Positions 40,836 through 51,971 of a stretch of 64,000 nt of DNA are shown piece after piece; position 1 is the first letter of the stretch, and each line of letters opens with the position of its first letter. The DNA is from Lama guanicoe. Taxonomy: Eukaryota. The notes below the pieces were generated by a model. The model was not told the origin of the DNA. It saw nothing but the letters and a program-made list of their open reading frames with translations, and made no database searches. The stretch is from positions 248,001 to 312,000 of the forward strand of contig MU057102.1 in NCBI GenBank assembly GCA_013239625.1, in the 5' to 3' direction. Both the position numbers and the translations under genes were made by a program.

Positions 40836-40901
40836 GTACTGACCGCACTGCAGAGGGACAGCCGGGACGTGGAGAAAGGAAGCCCGTCTCTCAGACACTG
40901 A
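40836..40901 (+). CDS. TBC1D14: TBC1D14 last coding exon (VLTALQRDSRDVEKGSPSLRH*)
   Basis: tgtccccag acceptor; TGA stop at 40899-40901; C-terminus matches TBC1D14. Confidence 0.95.
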   Translation, partial: VLTALQRDSRDVEKGSPSLRH

Positions 40902-43510
40902 GGCGGCAGGCGGACTTGCGCTCGGTGCTGAAGCACGGCTCCAGGCGGCGCCTGTGGTGCCGCAGGCAGACACGCAGGCGGCTCAGAAGAACAGGGGCTG
41001 TTCCAAGTTTGATTCCTAGTACTGGAGTTGGCCTTAAACAAAATAGAACAACAACAAAAACTTTTAAAGAATTAAACCAAGGCTCAGCCTTAAGAAGCTC
41101 AGTGGGATGATGGCCTAATATTGACCGTGGTCACCACTGCATATTCTGCATGGTTTAAAAATAGGGCAGTGGCTAATCCCCTCCCCTCATCAGCAAAAGT
41201 TAATTAAATTGTAATGCTTTTATGTCAACTACTGGAAAGTACATTACAATCTTTCATAGCCGGGGTGCATGAGAAATGTTGTTTGGAGACCTCAGAGATG
41301 TTATTGGCTCATATTTACATATTTTAGTAAGAAAGGGATTGCTGGTTTAGTTACCAAGATAATCTTTCCTGAGCCGGAGGTCTTGTTTTTGAAGCCCATC
41401 TACCAAAGATAGCATTACAGGACGACAGGCTCTCAATCCTGGCGAGTGCGCTCGGGCTCCCCGGACACGGTCTGACCTTCAGGGTGACCTTTTACCATAT
41501 TGCCTTGACAAAATTACAGCACGAGGGCTGAAAATGCACGCCTAGACTCCTGCGGGCAGCCTGCCCTCCCAGAGATTGCTCCCACATTTGCTGAGTAATG
41601 CGAGCTGGAGCAGGAAGAGCTTCTCACGGACGCCTGTGACAGTGAAGACGGGCTTAAAGCTGGTGGAGAACAGAATGGAGACAGCCTCCCTTTAAGCAGA
41701 GGGGAGGGGAGAGGATGTTGAGACGTGCCCGCTCCTGCAGCCTGTCGTTTCTATGGAGGCTGGGGGCGGGCGGGCGCGGGGCCGCTGCTCCCTGGCTGTG
41801 ACAGCTTGCTCCTCTCTGTCACCTGATGGCAGGTGCAGTCCTGCGTGCAGTCATCCCGCCTCACGCGTTTAACGCAAAGGTAGATGGCTGTCAGGGCTGA
41901 GCAGCACCCACCCGGCAGCCCAGACGGCCTGGCCAGAATGCTCAGCATCCGAACCGTCAGCCTGTCCCCGTCGCAGCTGCTTTCCCCCAGGTTCATTAGC
42001 AGCCTTTTTGTTGTAGCTTTTTCTTGACTAATTTGGAGAACTTCGTAGTAAGAACTTTGGTTATCCAAATTCTAAGAAATGAACACTTTTTGCAGAGGAG
42101 TCCAGAGGGCAGGCAGATCTCTATGGAAACGGGTTGCCATGTGCTGCTGCGTTAGTGTGCTGGTCTCTGGGAGGGCTCGGCGGGCCAGGCTCAAGGGCGC
42201 CTCCTGTCTGCAGCGAGTGCTGGCGGGGCCTGCCACCCTGCAGCCCGCCTCAGCCACACACCCCCAACCCCCGGAGTGCCCGTGGCTGTCCTCGTTTCTG
42301 ACCCCGGGAGCCCCAGCTCTGAGCATAGTGCAGCAAGGAGATGCGGGCTGGCGGCAGAGCCTAACTGTGGCGTTATTTTTGTAGGTTTTCTATATCTGCC
42401 ATGTCTGCTGATGACACTTCAGGTGCAGAGCAAGTCCCAAGCCAGTGGCAGTCCTCGTGCCCCGTATTGTTTTTTCCCCTCCTGTTCCTGACTGAACCTT
42501 CCAGGAGGTGGCAGAGCTGAGCACGTGTACCACTTTCTGCCTCAGCCTTTAAATGCTGACTTGCCCGACGTCTTGGAGGAGGCGTCTGTCTCCACCGAGC
42601 TCTCGGCAGCCTTCCAGACGCAGCCGTTCCCCGACATCACGGGCCGAGGCCCTTCCGCTGTTGCTCACGGATGTACTCAGTTTTATTCCGTGATGTGGGC
42701 TTTCTGTTCCTGAAAGATGTATATATTTTCTTACTGTACATAAAGATGTTCCTTAAGTGGTGACAGAAAGCAAGGGGACAGGGCGGCGGGCAGGCCTCCA
42801 GAAAGCATTCTTGGGACCCCGGGGTGGTCAGACCCTAGCCTCAACGCTGTTGTCAGTTTGATACAAACCTCGTGGGCAGCACCATGTATGCATTCAGTTT
42901 TCGAATAGGATTCCAGGCCAGTCTGGAAAACCTCCAAGTCTTCAGTTCAGAAGAGGTTCTCGTGACCTGTTCAGGGGCCACACGAGACCTAGCTGGTTCG
43001 ATACGTCCACTTCAGAGGCCGGGAAGGTCTGAGTCCCCGTCTGGGGTCACCTCGCCCCTTTCCACGGAGGGCAGAGGGCCGCCGGCCTGCACAGGGCTGT
43101 GCTGCTCTGCTTGACAATCCTGTTTAGTAAAACTGGAAACAAATTGAAATGCTGCCCCCAAGGAGGTGGCCCTCTGCCCTTCCCACACCGTTGGTTTTCA
43201 GAGCCTGGGTCTTCTGGTTCAGGACTCCGGGCAGCTGGCACTTTTAGGGTTGAAAGTGGTGTCCCCACCAGTCATCAAAATCCCATCTGGAAAAATGTTC
43301 ACTTCAAAGGGTACTTTTTAACTGCTCAGTTTTTTGACTATTTTAAATAGTTTGCTGATAGAAGACTCCTGATGACACTTGCTACAATATCATGTTTTAA
43401 TTGCTTGTACAGTTAACCTTTAATTTTATTTAGTAAAGTGTATCAAACTAGGACTTTTTGGATTGTAAATATGTGGTTTTATTAAATAAAAGTCATGTAA
43501 GATTGTTACT
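40902..43510 (+). other. TBC1D14: TBC1D14 3' UTR (~2.6 kb)
   Basis: Follows the stop codon, no recognisable interspersed repeats, AU-rich end with a poly(A) signal. Confidence 0.75.
43481..43490 (+). terminator. TBC1D14: TBC1D14 polyadenylation signal (overlapping ATTAAA/AATAAA)
   Basis: ATTAAATAAA with upstream TGTA motifs and downstream T/GT-rich sequence. Confidence 0.8.
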
Positions 43511-45719
43511 TATGTTCACTGCAGTTTGGTTTACAGTTTGAGTTATCACCTTGAAGTATGGTAAAACTTGACTTTGAGCGTCATACTGTTTGAATATTTT
43601 AAAATCCCCTTATTAGTCTCAGTTACATAAAAAGGTGATGCAATTGTGGTCATTTGGTCAGGGCATTGGACAGTTAGTGCCACACCCCTACTCCTTCTAA
43701 GCTGGGGGGAGCCCCAAGCTTGCTGCTTCTCTCAAGCCAGACTGCCTGAGGCTAGAGTCCGTGGTCCCTCAGGCCCACGAGTCTGCCCCATCCTCCCGCG
43801 CACACCCCTAGGCCTGCCACTCGTCCCAGCAGGTCTTCAGCATTACCTCAAACCTGCTGGAAGCCCTGTGATGGCAGTCGGGTGGCCCGGCCTCTTCCCT
43901 GGGCCACTGTGCCTCCGTTTCCACCTGTGGAGTGGAGATCCCAGTGCCGCCCCTGGCGGTGACAGTGAGCAGGCCCCGGCCTCAGGTCCCCGCAGAACTG
44001 GGCAGAGCGGCACTCACGTTGTAGGTGGTGCTGCCCAGAGACAGAGCAGCCTGCGAGGCGTCTGCTCTGATGTCTTTGGCCTGCACACGACAGTCAGAAT
44101 CTGTGCCCTGCATCTCCATGGGCGAACTGCGTCACCGCCCTGGGCCACGGTTCTGTTCCCTCCATTCTCTGCAGGCCGAGGGTGGTCGAAGGGGCTTACT
44201 CACTGCTCCCCCAATGCCAGGCCCTGGGTGGAGTGCTCAGTCAGTGACCTCACTGGTCTCCACAGCAGCTCTGCCTGTGTCCCAGCTCAAAGCTGTGGCT
44301 CAGAGAAATGATTGGCTTGGGCTCCTATGGCCAGTTAGCAGCAGAGCTGGAGTTCAGACTCCAGCCTTGTGGCTCCCCAGCCCTTGCTCAGAAACACCCC
44401 TCTCCAGAGAACAGCTCTGTTCTGGGGCCTTTGGAAGCTTCTGGTAGCTCGGACCTCCACTCCAAGCAGGGAGGGCCATGCCCACCGGCCGGCCCCTCGC
44501 GGAGGTCCCCGGGAAACGCATGAGCAGTGGGGTGGAAGTTGTGGAATATTTTCCCGAGAGAAACTGGGGGGCTGACGGTTCGGAAACCAGCACCCGATGT
44601 GTGCAGCCTGCCTCCAAGGCAAGAGAGGGAACGAGATGCTGCACCAGCTGGGCGGGAGGCAGGGAGCCACCAGGCTGGACCTTGAGGTGAGTGTTGGTCC
44701 CTAGGGGACCAGAAGAAGGGCGCAGCCAGAGGGGGAGGCCCATGAGCCAAGGCCAGTCCTCAGAGGGGCCCCCAAGCACAGACCTGCCCACCTAGGACTC
44801 AGCTGTGCACTTACTTTGCTCCAGGCTCCTCGCCTGATCGAGGACGGAGCTGCCCCACCAGGCTTGGCAACGCCAAGGCCCTGTCCTCAGGACTAGCTGC
44901 CCGAGCCCCTTGCCCGGGGTGCCTGAGCCCTGCGGGGTTCCCTGTGGAAAGAGGGCCAGCGGCCTCCTCCCCTGCCCATGGGCTCCACCCAAGTCTCACA
45001 GTTTTCTTAAACACGTTTCTTCAGTGCTCCACCCTGTTCAGAGCTCCTGGCAGAGACTGTTCCAACCAAAAGTAAATTCACATTTAAGGGGCAGATTAGC
45101 TGGAGGTTAAGAACTGGAAAAATTTTTTAAGCCTTTTAGTATTATAGGAAAGTTCTTCATTCTTAGAAAATAGACTTTGGAAGAAATCTGACTGCGGACA
45201 ACATGACACAGAAGACACAAAGATTCAACTCAAATTTGACGGTCTTGAGTATGTAAACATTTGTTAATCTCCCTCATCCATCGAAGTCTGAGAATCAGTT
45301 CAGTGCTTTGCTTGGTCAAAAGCAATCATTTCAACAACTTCTTAAGGTTTCTTAAGAACCAGAGAATTTAAATTCTCTAAGCCTTGTCTCCCTTTTCTGT
45401 AACCGAAGGTTAAGAAGGGTGCCCAGCACCTATACCCTGGCTTCTGAGGATTAAAATAATCCTAAAATGCTGTACTAATTGTGTCATTAAAAGAAACAAC
45501 TGCCATTGGAATCATGCTCCTGGCATGTAAACTTTTAGTATCTTACACTCACTCTTGGTGAATGTATGAATTTTAAAAATTGGGATTTTTTTCCCCCTAA
45601 TTAAATGCCCGTCATGGTACAAAATTTGGAAATACAGAAACACAAACACACACGTCGTAACTTCACCACCCAGAGAAGAGACTTTTTTTGTATTTTTGTC
45701 TTTTATTCCTATAAATAAA

Positions 45720-45845
45720 TTTGTCCCCATTTTACAGGTGGGTACGTTGAGGCTTAGGAAGCTGAGGTATTAGTCCCAGGGCATACTCAGAAGACGGCTG
45801 AATGCTGGCCAGCCTGATTCCAAAGTCTTTTCTCCAGCACTGCAC
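45720..45845 (-). mobile_element. MIR SINE
   Basis: ccccattttacaggtgggtacgttgaggcttagg. Confidence 0.6.
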
Positions 45846-48800
45846 AACGTCTTCCCCTTCTAGGTACATCTGTGTAGTCCTTGGCATCCTTTGGGTGAAA
45901 AAATAGAAGACTTCATCGATTAAAAAATTGGAGAGGGTGTACATTTATTCACTGAAGTATTTAGACGTTGGTTATTACATGCGAAGTCGGAGCCACGGAC
46001 TTGAGCAGTGCCCTTCCTGCTGGTCCCAGCTCCAGCTAGCTGCTCTGACGAGTCGTCCCAACATGGGGGATGTAGTCTCCTGGAGCCCTTTCCTTGCGTA
46101 GCATTTTCATGCTTCATCACTCTGACTTAAAAGACTACCCCTGCCAAGTTGGGGTGCATTAACTCATTTCATAGACAAGCACCCCTGGCCAGTGGCAAAA
46201 AGCTAAATAACGGCTGCAGAGGAACTTGTCAAAAGAGCATGTATTTCCACTTCTATAGTTAAAAAATTATAAATGTGGTTAAGTCACCAAAAATGATTTT
46301 CATTTACCAAAGAAAAAGTGTTTCTTTTTCAGATGCCTTGGGCTCTGTCATAGTGCCTGCTTCTCTCTTGCCAGGGCTGCCGAAAACAAACCAAAAAAAC
46401 TAACATTGAAGGGGACACATCTGACTCAGACGAATTTTTTAAAACAAGGCCAGTTTACCCTGAATGCTCCTGGCTTGGGGGGCCACTCTCCAGCACGTCC
46501 ACTTCCACTTCCATGAGTTGAGTGTAAGTCATTGTGATTGTCATGGTTCCAGAGTTTGTTTATGCCCGAGGTAGTAATTACTGTATTTACATAATTTAAT
46601 TAAATATCATGTAGACCAATGGTGGGGAAAAAAAAGAATTTTTGTTTCTACGAACGTCAAACTAAATGCTTTGGAAAGTCTCAAAAAGGGCAAATGTCAT
46701 TAAAATTGGTATTGAATTGAGTGTGAGTGAGAACTGGAAAAGTTAGGGAAGCTGAAGTCCATAGGGCAATTCAAAAGGGTTCACCAGAGTCCTCACACTT
46801 ACGACGATGCCTTAGCCCTCAGCCTGCAGATCAGCAAGTGCTGTGCATCTGTCCGTTCTAAATTAGGATAAAATGTTGAAAACAAGACAAAAAGGCTAGT
46901 TTCATACAATAGTGCATTCAAAATTTATTGTGCCTGCATTTTTCAGGCCTTGTACTTTAAGGAGATGAAAAAGTCTTTAGCCCTTGATTTTAGTGGTCAT
47001 AAAAATAATGGTAGTTTTAGGGGTTTCTAGTCCAGACTCCGCATTACTCCTTAACCTTCCCCTCGGGGAGGACGGGTCCCTGGTGGGGTGGCCGGCTCTG
47101 TCTGCAGCATCGTCATTCCGTGGCTGCGGGCCTGCCTCCCCGTCGTCTCCCTCACTTCTTGAGAGAGCCTCTTTCTACCTGTAGTTGGTTTTGAATCCGA
47201 CGTAGGACTTGGTGCCCGACATACCATAAGCATGCAAGTAACACTTATCTTCAGAAAACGAGACTGGCATTATATTAATGTATTAATCTAACAAGTTTAT
47301 TGAACACCGGTTATGTGCTCAGCCCTGTGCTGGCCACTGGGGAGGATGATAAATCAACAGGCCTCGCAGGGCCTTTGTCTCATGGGGCCCAGAGAACTCA
47401 GCGGACAGTCAGAAAGCAGTGGATCAAAGGCTGGGCTGGGGCTAAACGCAGGCCGCTGCGCGGACAGAGGGAGGTCAGTAAAACTGGGGAGAGGATGCTT
47501 TAGGGTCCGAGGCATTCTTCCTCGAGGGCAATCTTAAACGGTTTGTGAAAATGTGTTGCTATTTCAGGACCGGGAGCTCTCCTATAATCTAATTAGAAAG
47601 AACCTCATTATGAGGTAGTCAGCAGAGTATTCATCTTCTAATTGGAACATCTCCAGCATGAGGTAATATAACTTGAGAGAACATTAGTAACTTGGCTGCT
47701 TAAAGCAACACCAACCCCGTCTGTCTCTCTTGTATCTCTGTGCTCTCGGAGACCTGCCTGTCACCGGGCTGAAGGCTGGTGAGGCAGTGTTGGGTTCCAC
47801 CTGGGTAATTGCCAGTGGTTCAAAATCTGCTGAAAATAACCTGTTCTCTCTCTTGTGAGCCAGAGGCATGGCCACCCTTATAATGAAAGCTGCTTGCTTG
47901 GTGAATGCACTGAGCCCATTGCCAGCCTCCCCGACCACAAAAGAACCTAGCGGGCCGGTGCTGCTTTCAGCTTGCGGTGCAGGGAAAACGAAGTCCTATT
48001 TGCCAGTTATTTACTGCTTGACCTTAGTCTTGGTGAAGACAGAAGTTGTAGAAGATGAGGAGAATGGAAGCAGGGAGGCGAAGCTTTCACTCCCCTCACT
48101 GTCTCGCTTGTGTGCTTTAATAAGTACAGTATTATTTTTTTTAAAGTGTATTTAAGCTGTGCAGGTGAGAAAAGCAATTTTAATCAACCTGTATTGGCTT
48201 CAAAGGGAACACATTTAGAAAACAAAATCATGTCATCCAAAGACAAAAGTTATTGTGACACTCTCATGGAACAACCGAGTCATCTGCCCAGAGTGGGGTT
48301 TCGACCGTTCTTTAAAGGTGTGTAGTACCAAAAACTAGATCACCCTTCTTATGGTCCTTCTTAAGTTTACAGATGAGAAAATACTTTTAATCCCAAATCT
48401 GAGCATCTGAAAATTCAAGCTAAGATTAAGAAGAATTAAAACCAGGCCTCTAGCTCCAAAAGCGTCAAAGAAAACTGAAAATGTTAATCACTCTGGGTTA
48501 ACGAGCTAGACCTATCAGGCCTGTTGTACATTAACTCAAGGAACGACAGACATTTTAATATTTGATACAGTGCAAAATCACATGCCTAGTGAGGGTCTGT
48601 AGTGTTGCCAAGATCTGAAAATATCTTGTTGAAAACAAAAGGCTTATGGACAGTCAGCAGTCACCACTGTATATTTTGCACCTGGAAAAACACATAATAC
48701 AATCACTATTTTGTCTTCACTAGAAAACAAAATTTCTTTCTTTCTTTTTTTTTTTTTTTGGTACAGATCAGTGCATTTCTTTAGTGGATCCAAGAAAACG

Positions 48801-48941
48801 TTTCATTAGAATTGAAGACTGTCATTGAGCCAGAAACAAACATTCATAGTAAAGCAGACTGAGCTTCCTTTCATTGAAAAAAGAGAGATGAAGGAACATG
48901 AGCCCCGTTCCCTAGTTACCATTCCTCCTGTTCCTGGTGTT

Positions 48942-48947
48942 TTTATT
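48942..48947 (-). terminator. CCDC96: Candidate CCDC96 poly(A) signal (AATAAA on - strand; alternative ATTAAA at 49061-49066)
   Basis: TTTATT on + strand ~510 nt past the CCDC96 stop codon. Confidence 0.45.
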
Positions 48948-49457
48948 AACCCAGAAGCTGGTGCTACTTACATGAAAAACAACTTTAGACTAAGGGAATT
49001 AGTGAGCTTCGAATTGAGACAGTGACTCGGGATGACAAAGTGCAATCCATTCAAAGGGGATTTAATAATCAGCTTAATGCACAGGAAATTTTTTTGACAC
49101 CCTGCCCATTTGTTGAACCCTGCACATGGAGGAGGAACAGTTTTTCTCAGTATCAGGACACTGAAACTATGGAATTGTTCAGATATAAAACAGCTTTTGA
49201 GAGCTTTCTGGAAGTCAGGGACATTAAATCATCCATGTTTGTCTCTCGGTACCTGTTTTACTTCATCCCATATAAACAGTGCTCGGTTTTATGCTCAGCA
49301 CTAATTTGGAAGCTTGAAAAACTAAGAATACAAAATACAATTCCATCCCAAATATCATGGGCCTTTCTAAGAATGGCAACAGATGGAGAATAAAAGTTAA
49401 TGAAGGATGAGGTTTGCTGAGACTGAAGACATTCTGTGGACCCTTTCAATCATTGTG

Positions 49458-51131
49458 TCAAGAGGGCAGAAAGGCTTTGGCTTCCCTGATCTTCTGCCTC
49501 ACACCCCTGCAGGACAAAGTCAGCCCGGCGTGATGGTGCTTCAGGGATTCCAAGCGCCGGTTGAGCTCCTCAGTCCTGTCCACCTTCTCCTCCATGTCCC
49601 GAAGGAGAGATTCCTTGCCCAGAAGCCCACACTTCTGATTCAGCTTGATGTTGTCGATCCGCAGGCTGTCTCGGGCTTGCTTGGTCTTGGTCAAGATGTC
49701 CCTCCTTAGAGCCACCTGAGCCTCAATCTCCATAAGCTCTGACTTTTTACAAGCATTTTCTGTATCCACAAAGTGTAACTTTTCCTTCACGTGCGTTATT
49801 ATTTGCACATTGTTGGTCATCTTGGTGCGTAATTTTAAAAGTTCCTCATTTCGCTCCTCAACTTTCTCATTGAAAGTCTGGTTCTCAATCTTAAGCTGTT
49901 CAAAATCTATAAGGAGCAGGCCCTCAGTCAGGTCCTCCTGGGCCTTCATCCTGGTTTCAAAATGCACCAGACTCTGTTTCAGCTGCACATTCTCCAGCCT
50001 CACGGCGCTCATCTCCTTCTCCTTCTTATCCTCCAACGCCTGGATCTGCTCCACCTCCTGCAGAGCGGCCTGGCGACCACCCTGCATCCGACAGCTGCCC
50101 ATGGCCTGCATCACCACCTGCTTCTTGAGTGCCTGGAAGTGAAGCCATTCCTTCTCCACCTGGGAGAGCTTCTCTCTGCACTGCTGCTTCAGCTGGTCCA
50201 GCTCCTGGTGATACCAGCTCAGGTCGTCTGCCTGTTGCTTCCTCAGATCCTCCAGCAGGACCAGATGGTGTAGGTATGCTTGCTCTTTCTCGGGTGCCTC
50301 AGGCTCCGTGTCCTTGTCAGGCACCTCGGCTGCATCCAGGCCCTTCTTCTTGCGCAGCGCCTCGAAGATCTTGTGCTGCAGGTAGATGTTGTAGCGCTGG
50401 TAGCGACCTCGCTCCACCATCAGGGAGTGGTACTGTTCCAGGAGCTCGGCGCGCAGCTGCTGCTCCTGCCGCTTCTGCACCTCCTCAGTCCACTCGTAAT
50501 CGTCAGACTCGAGTTCCCTGTCCACATTTCTCAGCTCTTCCTCTCTTTTCTCCCGGCGTCCTTCCACACGCTTCCTCTCGGTCTCCTCAGTCTCCTCGCT
50601 CTCTTTCCCTTCCTCCTCCACGTGTCCCTCCGGCTCAGCCTCCCGGGCTGGCGCAGCCTCTTCCTTGCGGGTCGAGGACAGCTGCAGAGGGACATGAGAC
50701 GAGACTTCCTTCTTCCTCGGCTCCGCCGCCTCCTCCGCGTCCTCTGCGTCCTCCTCGTCCTCGTCCGCCTTCTCCTCCTTCAGTGGTTCCTGGGGCCCAT
50801 CTTTGGACCCTGGCTTGGCTGGCTCCTCAGGCCCGGTCTCGGCGGGCTCCCCAGACTCGGCCTCCGCCGGCCACTCCGGCTCTCCGGGCCCCTCCTCGCC
50901 CGCAGCCTCGGTGGCCACCGGCCCTTCCTGGGACTCAGCCGGCTCGGCCGCAGCGCCACCTCCCTCTGAAGCCTCTACAGCCTCTGGGTCCGGCTCCGAC
51001 TCCGGCTCCATGGGTTCGGCAGGGGACTGGGGGCCAGAGCTAGTCTTGATCATGGACAGCCGCGAGGCCAGGCTCTCCGCATCTCCATTTTCCCTCTCGG
51101 GGTCCCCAGTGTGATCGGAGTGGTCGTCCAT
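49458..51131 (-). CDS. CCDC96: Coiled-coil domain-containing protein 96 (CFAP184), intronless, 557 aa
   Basis: ATG in strong Kozak context (GAGATGG) at 51131; acidic low-complexity N-terminus, then coiled coil with LLLIDFEQLKIENQTFNEKVEERNEELLKL (CCDC96/CCDC113 family); ends REAKAFLPS*. Confidence 0.95.
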   Translation of the reverse strand: MDDHSDHTGDPERENGDAESLASRLSMIKTSSGPQSPAEPMEPESEPDPEAVEASEGGGAAAEPAESQEGPVATEAAGEEGPGEPEWPAEAESGEPAETGPEEPAKPGSKDGPQEPLKEEKADEDEEDAEDAEEAAEPRKKEVSSHVPLQLSSTRKEEAAPAREAEPEGHVEEEGKESEETEETERKRVEGRREKREEELRNVDRELESDDYEWTEEVQKRQEQQLRAELLEQYHSLMVERGRYQRYNIYLQHKIFEALRKKKGLDAAEVPDKDTEPEAPEKEQAYLHHLVLLEDLRKQQADDLSWYHQELDQLKQQCREKLSQVEKEWLHFQALKKQVVMQAMGSCRMQGGRQAALQEVEQIQALEDKKEKEMSAVRLENVQLKQSLVHFETRMKAQEDLTEGLLLIDFEQLKIENQTFNEKVEERNEELLKLRTKMTNNVQIITHVKEKLHFVDTENACKKSELMEIEAQVALRRDILTKTKQARDSLRIDNIKLNQKCGLLGKESLLRDMEEKVDRTEELNRRLESLKHHHAGLTLSCRGVRQKIREAKAFLPS

Positions 51132-51701
51132 CTCCCTCCCGCAGGGCCAGCGCTGCGGACCAGGGATGCGTACTGTTAGGTTTCCAGGGGCAACCAGGGG
51201 CGCACACGGTGGGCCCGGCGATTGGCTGGACGTCAGCGCGACGCCCTGCCCCCTTCTCCTCGCCTCCCGGCAAGAGAAGACCAATAGGAGGCCGCGGGAG
51301 GACGAGGGGTGGCGTTGATTGGGGGAGGACGTAGGCTCGCTCAGCGAGGGGCGTGGCGCATCCGCCGCGCTTCTTTTCGCCCTTTTCCCCGCGCCCAGCC
51401 TGGGGCGGGACGTCGGGGTGGCGCTGGGAGCCACGGGCAGCCGGAGCCAGGGCCGCGCAGGCGCAGAGCGGCGGGCCAGGTCCCCGCGAGGTGGCGCGCG
51501 CGGGGCGCCTGCGCGGTGCGGCGTGGCGACAGCGNNNNNNNNNNNNNNNNNNNNNNNNNNNNNNNNNNNNNNNNNNNNNNNNNNNNNNNNNNNNNNNNNN
51601 NNNNNNNNNNNNNNNNNNNNNNNNNNNCGGCGGCGGGCCCGGGCGGCGGCGCTCTGACGGCGGCGGGCGCGGCGGCGGGCGCGGGCGGCGGGCGGGGGAA
51701 G
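51132..51701. promoter_or_regulatory. Bidirectional CpG-island promoter shared by CCDC96 and TADA2B (island spans ~50700-52100)
   Basis: Divergent ATGs 570 nt apart; CCAAT boxes (51221 rev, 51281, 51318 rev), CRE-like GGACGTCA 51228-51235, GC boxes ~51348 and ~51402, X-box 51180-51194. Confidence 0.9.
51535..51627. other. Assembly gap (93 N)
   Basis: N run. Confidence 1.
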
Positions 51702-51971
51702 ATGGNNNNNNNNNNNNNNNNNNNNNNNNNNNNNNNNNNNNNNNNNNNNNNNNNNNNNNNNNNNNNNNNNNNNNNNNNNNNNNNNNNNNNNNNNNNNNNN
51801 NNNNNNNNNNNNNNNNNNNNNNNNNNNNNNNNNNNNNNNNNNNNNNNNNNNNNNNNNNNNNNNNNNNNNNNNNNNNNNNNNNNNNNNNNNNNNGAGGCCG
51901 AGGGTGGCTGGACCAGTCGCGAGGAGCAGCTGCTGCTGGATGCCATCGAGCAGTTCGGCTTCGGAAACTGG
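51702..51971 (+). CDS. TADA2B: TADA2B exon 1 coding part (ZZ zinc-finger region hidden in N gap; SANT start EAEGGWTSREEQLLLDAIEQFGFGNW)
   Basis: GGAAGATGG start at 51702; 270 nt in frame across the gap; donor TGG|GTGAGC. Confidence 0.9.
51706..51893. other. Assembly gap (188 N) inside TADA2B exon 1
   Basis: N run. Confidence 1.

Noticed and set aside
43646-44311. 221-aa intergenic ORF after the TBC1D14 poly(A) site
   Set aside because: Non-ATG start, GC-rich, no domain or splice support
49810-51114. + strand ORFs (304, 229, 110 and 103 aa) overlapping CCDC96
   Set aside because: Antisense shadows of a biased-codon CDS; low-complexity products with no recognisable domains
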